A stretch of 64,000 nucleotides of DNA, taken from NCBI RefSeq assembly GCF_004353825.1, contig NZ_SMNA01000002.1:1-64000 (forward strand), in the 5' to 3' direction. The notes beneath the pieces were generated by a model. It had not been told where the DNA came from, ran no database searches, and worked only from the letters and a program-made list of their open reading frames with translations. Source of the stretch: Occultella glacieicola (GTDB lineage: Bacteria; Actinomycetota; Actinomycetes; Actinomycetales; Beutenbergiaceae). Of this stretch, positions 41,770 to 50,292 are shown piece after piece; the first letter of the stretch is position 1; the number at the start of each line of letters is the position of its first letter. The translations under genes were made by a program, and so were the position numbers.

Positions 41770-43305
41770 TCAACGAGCGGGCCGGGCCCGGGTGATGGAC
41801 CGCGGCGCGGCCGCCGAGCCGAGTTGGTCGCGGGCCCGCCCGAGGAGGGTCTCCTCGTCCAGTTCGGCGCCGCTCACCTCGACCCGCAGCACCCAGCCGA
41901 GGCGGGGGTCGGGCACTGCCTGCACGACGGCGTCGGTCACCTCGTGCTGGCGCTGGAACCACTCGCGCACCTCGCCCAGGTGCACGTTGTGACCACCGAC
42001 CACGACGACGTCGTCCGCGCGCCCGGCCACGAACAGGCGGCCCGTGCCGTCCAGGTGGCCGAGGTCGCCGGTGGGCAGGTAGCCGCCCGGCGTGTCCGCG
42101 GCCCGCCACGGCGAGCGGACCCATAGGTGCCCCACCACGCCGTCGGGAAGATCCACGCCGTCCTCGTCCCCGACCTTCAGGCGGACCCCGGTGGCGGGTC
42201 GCCCGACCGTGCCCGGTGCCTCCCGCAGGTCGGCGGCGGTGGCGATCGTGGCGGTTCCGGTCTCGCTGGTGCCGAAGAAGTCGAGCAGGGCGTCCGGGTA
42301 GAGCGCCTCGATCCGGGCGGCGAGGTCGACCGGCAGAGGCGCGGAGCCGGCCGCGATCCGGCGTAGCGGGGGGCGGTTGGCGTGCGCTTCGAGGGCCCGC
42401 GTCAGACCCAGGAGTTGGCCCGGGACGCCGAGCACGGCCCCGACCCGGTGGATCCCGATCAGCTCGACCCAGCGCTCGGGCGGCAGCCCGTGCCCGAGCA
42501 CGATCGGGGCGCCGATCACGAGCGCCGCGGAGAGCGCACTGAGTCCGTGCCCGTGCGACAGTGGCGCCGTGACCAGGACGGGCTCGCCCCGGCGCAGCCC
42601 GAGCGCCGCGAGCAGGCTGAGCACCGTGCCCAGCTGGCCCCGGCGCACACCCGGCCGGGCGGTCGGGTGCGGGGTGTGCGTGGTCCCGGAGGTGAGCAGG
42701 TGCAGGGTGCCGGCCCGGCGTCGCCGCCACCGGGGTCCGAGCCGCACTGAGGGCGTGATGGTGGCCGGAACTGAGGCCGGGATGGTGGCCGGGACGGCGG
42801 CGGCCGTTGGGGTGCAGTCGAGCAGCCGGATGGCTGGGTCGGGAGCCGCGGCCAGCCCGGGGGCCGTGGCGTCGTCATGGACGATCACGGCAGGCCGGGT
42901 CCGGTCGATGATCGTCCGCAGCCGCTCGGCGCCGACGCTCGGTCCGACCAGCACCACGTCCACTCCGAGGGCACCGGCGGCCAGTACCGTCGCCACCTGT
43001 CCGCGGTGATCGCGGGCGTGCACGGCGATCCGCGGCCGGCTCCCGGTCGCCGGCAGTGCCTGGGCGAGCCTCACGGCGGCGACCTCGACCGCCAGGGCCA
43101 GCCCGTCGCCGTCGAGCGGGCCGAGTCGGTCCACGAGCACGGGAACCGTCCGGCTGCGCCTGGCCGCGGCGAGCGCAGCCCCGGGAAGAGTGGCGCCGTA
43201 GCGCAGCAGCGGGCCCAGCGCGGGCAGGTCCGCCGGCCGGGGCCCCATCGCGCGCAGCACGGCGGCGCCCTCGCCGACGACGTGCCAGGTGGAGCGGTGC
43301 CTCAC
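41770..43305 (-). CDS. AMP-binding (acyl-CoA synthetase-like) protein with degenerate motifs
   Basis: LTSGTT, PLSHGHG, FGTSETG, TGDLG, GRADD; GTGA overlap with the SDR gene. Confidence 0.8.
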   Translation of the reverse strand: MRHRSTWHVVGEGAAVLRAMGPRPADLPALGPLLRYGATLPGAALAAARRSRTVPVLVDRLGPLDGDGLALAVEVAAVRLAQALPATGSRPRIAVHARDHRGQVATVLAAGALGVDVVLVGPSVGAERLRTIIDRTRPAVIVHDDATAPGLAAAPDPAIRLLDCTPTAAAVPATIPASVPATITPSVRLGPRWRRRRAGTLHLLTSGTTHTPHPTARPGVRRGQLGTVLSLLAALGLRRGEPVLVTAPLSHGHGLSALSAALVIGAPIVLGHGLPPERWVELIGIHRVGAVLGVPGQLLGLTRALEAHANRPPLRRIAAGSAPLPVDLAARIEALYPDALLDFFGTSETGTATIATAADLREAPGTVGRPATGVRLKVGDEDGVDLPDGVVGHLWVRSPWRAADTPGGYLPTGDLGHLDGTGRLFVAGRADDVVVVGGHNVHLGEVREWFQRQHEVTDAVVQAVPDPRLGWVLRVEVSGAELDEETLLGRARDQLGSAAAPRSITRARPAR

Positions 43306-44156
43306 CACAGGCCCCGGAGCACGGTGCCCAGAAGTCGGTCGGAGGCCGCCGGTGCGAGCGCACTCACCGCACCACCCAGCCGCGCCCACCACGGTGAGAT
43401 CAGCCGTGGCCGGTCCACGATCGCCCGGCACACGAGCGCGGCCGCGTCGTCCGCGCTGAGGCCCGGCGCGGTGGCGTAGCGCGCGGTGGGGGCGCTCATC
43501 GCGGTGTGCACCAGCGGCAGGTGGACCGAGGTGGTGGCCACGCCGTCGGCGGCCAGCTCGGGGGCGACGGCCCGCAGCCACGCCTCGAACGCGGACTTGC
43601 TCGCCGCGTACGCGGAGTAGCCCGGGCTCGGCACGTCCACGCTCGCGGACGCCACGGAGATCAGGTGACCGGCGCCGTCGGCCGCCATCTGCCGCAGCAG
43701 GGGGAGCAGCAGGGCGACCGGACCGAGGGCGTTGACGCCGGTCACGCGCTGCACGTCGTGGAACCGGTCGGTGTAGTCGGCCAGGTTCCGGCGGATGCTG
43801 TGCCCGGCGTTGGAGACGACGACGGCAGGGGTGCCGTGATCGGCGAGGATCCTGATGCCGGCGGCGCGCGCCGCATCGGTGTCGCGCAGGTCGACTCGGA
43901 GGGTGTTCGCCCGGCCGCCGAGGGCGCGGACGGCGTCGGCGACGCCGTCGAGCGCGTCACCGCGGGCGAGCAACACCACGTGGGCGCCGACGGCCCCGAG
44001 CCGGATCGCGATCCGCTCACCGACGCCGCGGGAGGCGCCGGTGATCAGCACGGTCCGCCCGGCGACGACCCTGCGGACGGCCTCCGGTCCGGGACCGAAG
44101 CCGGCCATGCCGAGCAGCGCTCGCACGCCGACCGGCCAGGTCCACTCTCCCCCCAT
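43302..44156 (-). CDS. SDR oxidoreductase, fatty acyl-CoA reductase (Acr1)-like
   Basis: TGASRGVG, NAGHSIRR..DRFHD, YAASK, LPLVHTAMSAPT. Start at ATG 44156 after TAGGCT. Confidence 0.82.
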   Translation of the reverse strand: MGGEWTWPVGVRALLGMAGFGPGPEAVRRVVAGRTVLITGASRGVGERIAIRLGAVGAHVVLLARGDALDGVADAVRALGGRANTLRVDLRDTDAARAAGIRILADHGTPAVVVSNAGHSIRRNLADYTDRFHDVQRVTGVNALGPVALLLPLLRQMAADGAGHLISVASASVDVPSPGYSAYAASKSAFEAWLRAVAPELAADGVATTSVHLPLVHTAMSAPTARYATAPGLSADDAAALVCRAIVDRPRLISPWWARLGGAVSALAPAASDRLLGTVLRGLW

Positions 44157-44236
44157 GGTCGCCGAGCCTAGCCGCCGCATCTGGTCGACTAGGCTCGACG
44201 TGACCGGGTCGTCGAGGCGTTGGGAGTGCGGCACGC

Positions 44237-45361
44237 ATGCTGGAACTGCCGCCGATACCGCGGCTACGGCCGGAGGACCGGGCCGCCCGGCGGAGCGGAC
44301 TGCTGGACCTGTTCGAGAGCCACGTGTACGGCCGGACACCGGCGGGTGGCCACCTCGATCGGGTCGCCGTCCGAACCGATGAGCCGGTGGACGGCGGGCG
44401 CCGGGTCGAGCTCGACGTCACCGTGGCCGGCCCGCGCGGCGAGCGCACCGTGCCGGTGCTGGTGCACGTTCCCGAGGGTGCTCCGGTTGCGGTGGTGGTG
44501 GCCCTGAACTTCGCGGGCAATCACGCGACCACGCCGGCGCCGGGGGTGCGGATCGGACGCAACCGGGACGTCGCCCGAGGTTCGAGGGCGTCACGATGGC
44601 CGTACCGGGCGATCCTTGGCCGCGGCTATGCGGTCGCCACCGCGCACTACGAGGACTTCGAGATCGACTCCCCCGGTCACGCCGTCGAGGGTGTGCGGGG
44701 CCTGTTCTCACACGATCCGAGAGACCCGCACGGCTGGGGCGCGATCGGGGCCTGGGCCTGGGGGCTGAGCCGGGTCTTCGAGGCGATGGCCGGGGTACCG
44801 GGATTCGAGCCGGGCGCGGCCGTCGCGCTCGGGCACTCGCGGCTCGGCAAGGCCGCACTGTGGGCGGGTGCGCAGGACGGCCGGTTCGCCGCCGTGGTGG
44901 CCAACGACTCCGGCTGCGGCGGGGCCGGGCTGCACCGGCACCGGGCGCCCGGCAAGGAGACGATCGCGGCGATCACGGCGAGGTTCCCGCACTGGTTCGC
45001 GCCGACCTTCGCCGGGTACGCCGACCGCGAGGCGGACCTGCCGGTCGACGCCCATGAGTTGCTGGCACTGATCGCGCCGCGCGCCGTGCACGTGGCCAGC
45101 GCGGTCGAGGACCTGTGGGCGGACCCGCTCGGGGAGTACCTGGCCACGGTAGCCGCGTCCCCGGCGTACGAGGCGTTCGGTCTCACCGGCACCCGTTCCG
45201 TCGACGAGGGGTCGGCGGTGCTGCCGACGCTCGGGCAGCGGGTCGGGGGCCGGCTGTCCTATCACGCGCGGCCGGGCGGGCACGACCTCACGGCGCAGGA
45301 CTGGGAACTGGCGCTGGACGCCGCCGACGACGCGTTCACGGCCGAGGCAGCGCCCTCCTAG
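44237..45361 (+). CDS. CE15 glucuronoyl-esterase-like alpha/beta hydrolase
   Basis: AIGAWAWG, GHSRLGKAALWAGA, DSGCGG, LPVDAHELLALIAPR, DLWADP, GGH. Confidence 0.85.
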   Translation: MLELPPIPRLRPEDRAARRSGLLDLFESHVYGRTPAGGHLDRVAVRTDEPVDGGRRVELDVTVAGPRGERTVPVLVHVPEGAPVAVVVALNFAGNHATTPAPGVRIGRNRDVARGSRASRWPYRAILGRGYAVATAHYEDFEIDSPGHAVEGVRGLFSHDPRDPHGWGAIGAWAWGLSRVFEAMAGVPGFEPGAAVALGHSRLGKAALWAGAQDGRFAAVVANDSGCGGAGLHRHRAPGKETIAAITARFPHWFAPTFAGYADREADLPVDAHELLALIAPRAVHVASAVEDLWADPLGEYLATVAASPAYEAFGLTGTRSVDEGSAVLPTLGQRVGGRLSYHARPGGHDLTAQDWELALDAADDAFTAEAAPS

Positions 45362-45372
45362 CCACCCGGACC

Positions 45373-46230
45373 TCAGCCGACGAGGGGTGCGAGTGCTCCG
45401 GTGACGGCGATCTCATCCGGACGCAGCCACGGCGCGACGATCTCGGCGACGGCCGAGACGTGCGCCGAGTCCGCGACCACGAGGTGGATGTCGAGCAGTC
45501 CGCTCACACCGCTACCGGAGGAGAGCACGCCGAGGTCCTCGCCCTCCGCCGTGAGCGCGTCCTGCGCGGCCCGGATCTCGGCCCAGGTGGGCAGCTCGGA
45601 CGTCTGCACACACAGCGGCCCGGCGTAGATCTCCCGGAAGTCCACCCGGGCCGACGCCGCGTCGCCGGAGACGAGCACGTTCATGACGTCGCCGCCGCCG
45701 GAGACGTAGCTGAGGACGTACCCGTCGTGGGCCTCGAGGAACATCATCAGGTCCGACTGCTGGCTGATCAGGTCCGTCCCCGCGAGACTCCCACCGGCCC
45801 CGGCCGCGGGGTCGTCGCACAGCTGCGGGAACTCGGACGGTTCGTCGGTGGACGGTTCCCACCCGGTGGGCGGTTCCACGGAGACCGGCTCGGTGAGGGT
45901 GAACGACGTCCCGTCGTAGGTGCCGACCACCCAGGCGTTCCCCCAGGTCCGCCCGCTCGCCGACTCGTGTTCGATGCCGTCCCAGCCCTCGAACCCGACC
46001 AGCTCCGGCCCGGCGCACTGTGGCGGGTAGGAGGTCAGGACGGCGCCGAGGCAGATCTGGGCCGGTTCGCCCTCGAGCTGCATGATCGTGCCGGCGCCGA
46101 CCAGCAGCTCACCCGGGCCACCGGTCGAGGGCGGTGGCCCTCCGCCCGGCGGCCCGCCGACCCCGCCGCACGCCGCGAGCCCGAGGCTCGCCGTCACGGC
46201 CAACACCCCACCCAGGACCGATCGCCTCAT
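45373..46230 (-). CDS. Hypothetical lipoprotein
   Basis: Lipobox LAAC, C..SYPPQC motif, GGGGAG SD. Confidence 0.75.
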   Translation of the reverse strand: MRRSVLGGVLAVTASLGLAACGGVGGPPGGGPPPSTGGPGELLVGAGTIMQLEGEPAQICLGAVLTSYPPQCAGPELVGFEGWDGIEHESASGRTWGNAWVVGTYDGTSFTLTEPVSVEPPTGWEPSTDEPSEFPQLCDDPAAGAGGSLAGTDLISQQSDLMMFLEAHDGYVLSYVSGGGDVMNVLVSGDAASARVDFREIYAGPLCVQTSELPTWAEIRAAQDALTAEGEDLGVLSSGSGVSGLLDIHLVVADSAHVSAVAEIVAPWLRPDEIAVTGALAPLVG

Positions 46231-46247
46231 CGTGGTCTCCCCTCGTC

Positions 46248-47033
46248 CTACCGTGACTGTGTCGCGGCAGGCCGTCGGCTTGCACGCGCGGCACCGGCCA
46301 CGCTCCGGTAGATGATCGGCTGGGCGGCCACCCCGTTCGCCCGGAAGTTCGCGAGCACGAAGGACCGGAAGCTCGGCCGCAGGAGCAGGCTCGGCAGGAA
46401 CGTCCGATAGTGCGGCCAGCTCGCGAAGTTCACGAGTCCGTAGTCGCCGGACTCGCCGTCCAACGGCCGCAGCAGCACGGAGTTCGACAGCGACGTACGC
46501 TCCTGGAACCAGCCGGCCGTGTACCGCCAGACCTCGATCAGGGTGTCCCGGTCGTCCGCGTAGAAGAAGTTGAACAGCACCGGCCGCCCGTCGGCGTGCT
46601 CGACGTCGTCGATCCGGGCCGCGTTGCTCGCGGCGATCGTCAGGACCCGGTGCGCACCGGAGCCGACCCGCTGGGCCAGGTCCCGGACCTGGGCGTCGTC
46701 ACGCAGCGTCCGGGCGTGGTCGGGATCGACCGTGCGCACGACCACGACGAGGTCGAACCGGGCCGCCGAGCGGCCCCGATCGCGCAGCAGGCGCCCACCC
46801 TCGCCCGGTGGGCGCAGGACCGCACGGAAGACGGCGACGGACTCGATGTCCGGTCGCCCCTCGAGCTCCGCGGCGGCTCGGATGACGGCGCCCTGGCGTG
46901 CCCGCAGGCTTCGTGCCGGGATTGCGAACGGGCCCGCCCAGCGGCCGATCTCGGCAGCGATGACGAGGTAGCCGTTGGGCTGCGGAGTCCGCAGCCGCGC
47001 CCGGGCCGCGCGCGTGTCGTTGACGATCTGCAT
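46248..47033 (-). CDS. Hypothetical protein divergent from the TetR gene
   Basis: GGAGG SD, GC3-rich, aromatic-rich C-terminal half (LFNFFY, VWRYTAGWF, VNFASW). Confidence 0.75.
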   Translation of the reverse strand: MQIVNDTRAARARLRTPQPNGYLVIAAEIGRWAGPFAIPARSLRARQGAVIRAAAELEGRPDIESVAVFRAVLRPPGEGGRLLRDRGRSAARFDLVVVVRTVDPDHARTLRDDAQVRDLAQRVGSGAHRVLTIAASNAARIDDVEHADGRPVLFNFFYADDRDTLIEVWRYTAGWFQERTSLSNSVLLRPLDGESGDYGLVNFASWPHYRTFLPSLLLRPSFRSFVLANFRANGVAAQPIIYRSVAGAARASRRPAATQSR

Positions 47034-47099
47034 CGACGATCCCTCCGGTTCGGTGGTTGGTCGTGCGAGGCCTGCGAAACTTCTGCACCATCCCCTTAG

Positions 47100-47159
47100 G
47101 CCAACGCTTGTTGACTTCGACCGTAGCCAGGTCGTGTCACGAAGTCAACGCCTGTTGGC
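47100..47159. promoter_or_regulatory. Double TetR operator, GYCAAC-N4-GTTGRC x2
   Basis: GCCAACGCTTGTTGAC (47100-47115) and GTCAACGCCTGTTGGC (47144-47159). The second site abuts the -10 TAGGCT at 47161. Confidence 0.75.
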
Positions 47160-47172
47160 ATAGGCTGTCCTC

Positions 47173-47739
47173 GTGAGGAGATCAGCAGCGGAGACGAAGG
47201 AATCCATCCTGCGCGCAGCGCGGGAACGGTTCGCCCTGGACGGTTACGACCGCGCCACGATCCGGGCGATCGCCGGGGAGGTGGGCATCGATCCGGCCAT
47301 GGTGATGCGCTACTTCGGCTCCAAGGAGCGGTTGTTCGCCGCCGCGACCGAATACGATCTCTCGCTTCCGGACCTGGTGGCCGGTCCCGCGGATCGGCTC
47401 GGTTTCGTGCTCGCCGCGCACTTCGTGGACCTCTGGGAGGGCAGCGAGGCCCTGCAGATCCTGCTCCGCAGCAGCGCGACCGACGCCGGGCTCGCCGAGC
47501 GGATGAACGACATCTTCGCGACCCAGCTCCTGCCGGTGGTGGCGGACCTGACACCGGACCCGGATGAGGCCGCCCGGCGGGCCGGGATGGCAGCCGCGCA
47601 GGTCTTCGGCGTCGCGCTGTGCCGGTACGTGCTGCGCCTGCCGCCCGTCGTCGCGATGGACCGGGAGGAGATCGTCGCCTGGATCGGTCCCACCCTGCAG
47701 CGCTACCTGTCCGAGGGCGCCGCGGTCACCACGACCTGA
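47173..47739 (+). CDS. TetR-family transcriptional regulator
   Basis: ATIRAIAGEVGIDPAMVMRYFGSKERLF HTH. Leaderless TAGGCT-6-GTG. Confidence 0.94.
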   Translation: MRRSAAETKESILRAARERFALDGYDRATIRAIAGEVGIDPAMVMRYFGSKERLFAAATEYDLSLPDLVAGPADRLGFVLAAHFVDLWEGSEALQILLRSSATDAGLAERMNDIFATQLLPVVADLTPDPDEAARRAGMAAAQVFGVALCRYVLRLPPVVAMDREEIVAWIGPTLQRYLSEGAAVTTT

Positions 47740-47752
47740 CGACGACCGCCCC

Positions 47753-48787
47753 TCACCCCAGCAGGTCGGGCGCGAAGGCGACCAGGATCTTGCTCGCCGG
47801 GTCCGAGCCGTCGGCCAGCCCGGCGAACGCGCCCTGCGCCTGCTCCGGTGCGACGACGCGTGAGATCAGCGGGGCGAGCTCGGGGCCGGCACCGGCCGCC
47901 CAGGCGGCCGTGTCGGCGAAGTGGACCGGTGCGTAGCAGAACGACCCGACCAGGGTGCGCTCCGCCGTCGAGATCGCGTAGGCGGGCACTTCCACGGTCG
48001 GCGCTCCCATGCCGACGAGCACCACGGTCCCGCCGGCCGCCGTCGCGGCCAGGGCCGTCTCCAGGGTGGCGCTCACACCGACGGCGTCGATCGCGGTGTC
48101 CACGGCGCCGACGGCCTCGGGCAGCTCGTCGGGATGGACGACGGCGAAACCGAGTTCCGCGACGAGCGTCCGGCGGGCCGGGTGCGGCTCCGAGACGAGG
48201 ACGGACGCCGCCCCGAGACGTCGGCAGGCGATGGCGACGGCCTGACCGATCGGGCCACCCCCCACGACCAGCACCCGCGAGGACGCGGCGACACCGCCGC
48301 GCAGGGCCGCGTGGTAGCCGACCGCGAGGGGTTCGACCAGCGCGCCGAGGGCGACGTCACCACCGAAGCCGATCAGGTTGGCCGCCGGTGCGGCGAGGTA
48401 GTCGGCGAACCCGCTCGAGATGGTGGGGTCGACCCCGATCACGCGGCGCTGGGCACAGATGTGGGCGTTGCCCTCGAGGCATCGGGCGCACGATCCACAC
48501 CCGAGGTTCGGGTTCAGCACGACGACGTCGCCCACGGCCGGCCCCGTCGCCCCCTCCCCGAGTGCCACAACCACCCCGACCGTCTCGTGGCCCATCACCT
48601 GACCCGGCCGGCGGCGACCGTTCTCACCGGTGTAGCCGTGCAGGTCGGAGCCGCAGATCCCGGTCGCCACGACGCGCACCAGCGCCTCGCCCGGCGCCGG
48701 CCCCGGAGTCGGCCGCTCCTGGACCTCGAACCGGCCGAAGTCGGCGAGCACGAGGGCACGCATCTGAGCTGGGATGGTCGCGAGCAT
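47753..48787 (-). CDS. Zinc-binding alcohol/polyol dehydrogenase (MDR family)
   Basis: GICGSDLH, GHE, CGSCARC..C, GGGPIG. Confidence 0.92.
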   Translation of the reverse strand: MLATIPAQMRALVLADFGRFEVQERPTPGPAPGEALVRVVATGICGSDLHGYTGENGRRRPGQVMGHETVGVVVALGEGATGPAVGDVVVLNPNLGCGSCARCLEGNAHICAQRRVIGVDPTISSGFADYLAAPAANLIGFGGDVALGALVEPLAVGYHAALRGGVAASSRVLVVGGGPIGQAVAIACRRLGAASVLVSEPHPARRTLVAELGFAVVHPDELPEAVGAVDTAIDAVGVSATLETALAATAAGGTVVLVGMGAPTVEVPAYAISTAERTLVGSFCYAPVHFADTAAWAAGAGPELAPLISRVVAPEQAQGAFAGLADGSDPASKILVAFAPDLLG

Positions 48788-48880
48788 CGATGCCTCGTTC
48801 TCCGGGTGCACGGGTGGGCTGGGTCCCGACCGAACCTACTGGGCGCGCGCGGCCGGTGTCGACGGACCCGCCAGTCACCC

Positions 48881-48910
48881 GATGTCAGGGGCGAGTGACA
48901 CGATGACGCC
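48881..48910 (+). promoter_or_regulatory. PafBC/RecA-NDp-type promoter (TGTCAG-N10-CACGAT), leaderless, upstream of alkA-ogt
   Basis: TGTCAG at 48883-48888, 10-nt spacer, CACGAT at 48899-48904, 6 nt, then ATG 48911. Confidence 0.68.
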
Positions 48911-49786
48911 ATGCCCCCGACGACCGTGCGCGTGCCGTTCACGCCCCCGCTCGATGCGGACGCCCTCTGGGACTATCTGGCCGCGCGGATCATCGGCGGG
49001 ATCGAGGAGATCGACGCACACACCTACCGCCGCACGCTCTCGCTGCGGCACGGGCCGGGCGTGATCGCGATCGCGCGACCGCGAGCCGGCGAGTCGTCGC
49101 TGGCCGTGGCGGTGACCGCAGCTCCGGCAGACCTCCAGGCGGCGGCCGACGCCGCCGGTCGGATCGCGGACGTGGGCGCCGATCCCGCGGTGATCCTGGC
49201 GGGCCTCGGCGAGCACCCGTGGCTCGGACCACTCGTGCGCGAGCGGCCGGGAGTGCGCGCGCCTGGGCAGGCCGGCGGGTTCGAAGTGGCGGTGCGGGCC
49301 GTGCTCGGCCAGCAGGTGTCCCTGGCCGCCGCGGGCACGCACACCTCGCGGCTGGCGCGGGCGATCGGAACCCCACTCGCCGAGCCGGACGGCGCCCTGA
49401 CCCACCTGTTCCCGACGGCGGCCCAGCTCGCCCGGGTGGACCCGGACGACGGTGGGACGCTCGCGATGCCGGCCGGACGCCGTCGGGCCCTGATCGCGCT
49501 CGCCCGGGCCGCCGACGACGGACTCGACCTGGACGGCGGGCTCGATCCCGACGAGGCCGAGCGCCGTCTGCTCGCCCTGCCCGGGATCGGGCCGTGGACC
49601 ACCCAGTACGTGCGCATGCGCGCCCTGGGCGATCCCGACGCCTACTGCGGGACGGACCTGGTGCTGCGCCGTGCCGCGGAGCGGCTCGCGGGTGGACCGG
49701 TCGACCCGGCCGGCGCGGCATTCGCGCCCTGGCGCACCTATGCGGCCCATCACCTGTGGCGGCAGGCCCACCTGGAGGCAGCATGA
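48911..49786 (+). CDS. alkA: DNA-3-methyladenine glycosylase II (AlkA_N plus HhH-GPD; no Ada domain)
   Basis: FEVAVRAVLGQQVS, LFPT, LPGIGPWT, TDLVL, PWRTYAA. Confidence 0.92.
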   Translation: MPPTTVRVPFTPPLDADALWDYLAARIIGGIEEIDAHTYRRTLSLRHGPGVIAIARPRAGESSLAVAVTAAPADLQAAADAAGRIADVGADPAVILAGLGEHPWLGPLVRERPGVRAPGQAGGFEVAVRAVLGQQVSLAAAGTHTSRLARAIGTPLAEPDGALTHLFPTAAQLARVDPDDGGTLAMPAGRRRALIALARAADDGLDLDGGLDPDEAERRLLALPGIGPWTTQYVRMRALGDPDAYCGTDLVLRRAAERLAGGPVDPAGAAFAPWRTYAAHHLWRQAHLEAA

Positions 49787-50289
49787 CCGAGACGACCGTG
49801 GTGAGCAGCTACCGGCACGACGTGGACTCCCCGATCGGGCCGCTGGTGCTGCTCGCCGACGCGGACGGGGCGCTCACCGGTCTCCTGTACCCGGGGCACC
49901 GGACCATCACCCTGGCGGAGGGATCCGTCGCCGACCCCGCTCCCTTCCGGCCGGTGCAGGGCCAGCTCGAGGAGTACTTCGCGGGCGAGCGCACGGACTT
50001 CGACCTGCCGATGGCACCCCGCGGCACCCCGTTCCAGCGGGAGGCGTGGGCGCAGCTGCGGCTGATCCCGTACGGGCAGACCCGCACCTACGGTCAGATC
50101 GCCGCGAGCCTCGGCCAACCGGGCGCGGCACGTGCGGTCGGCCTGGCGAACAACCGCAACCCGATCTCGATCATCGTGCCCTGCCACCGGGTGATCGGGT
50201 CCACCGGCGCCCTGACCGGGTACGGGGGCGGCATCGAGGCGAAGAAGTACCTGCTGGACCTGGAGTCGCGGGGCTCGACGCTGTTCTGA
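49783..50289 (+). CDS. ogt: Methylated-DNA--protein-cysteine methyltransferase
   Basis: GTPFQ, IPYG, ARAVG, NPISIIVPCHRVIG; ATGA overlap with alkA. Confidence 0.96.
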   Translation: MTETTVVSSYRHDVDSPIGPLVLLADADGALTGLLYPGHRTITLAEGSVADPAPFRPVQGQLEEYFAGERTDFDLPMAPRGTPFQREAWAQLRLIPYGQTRTYGQIAASLGQPGAARAVGLANNRNPISIIVPCHRVIGSTGALTGYGGGIEAKKYLLDLESRGSTLF

Positions 50290-50292
50290 GCC

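Noticed and set aside
42748..42795. Short duplication GATGGTGGCCGG in the ligase gene
   Set aside because: It is a two-copy in-frame duplication in a Pro/Ala/Thr linker with no functional implication.
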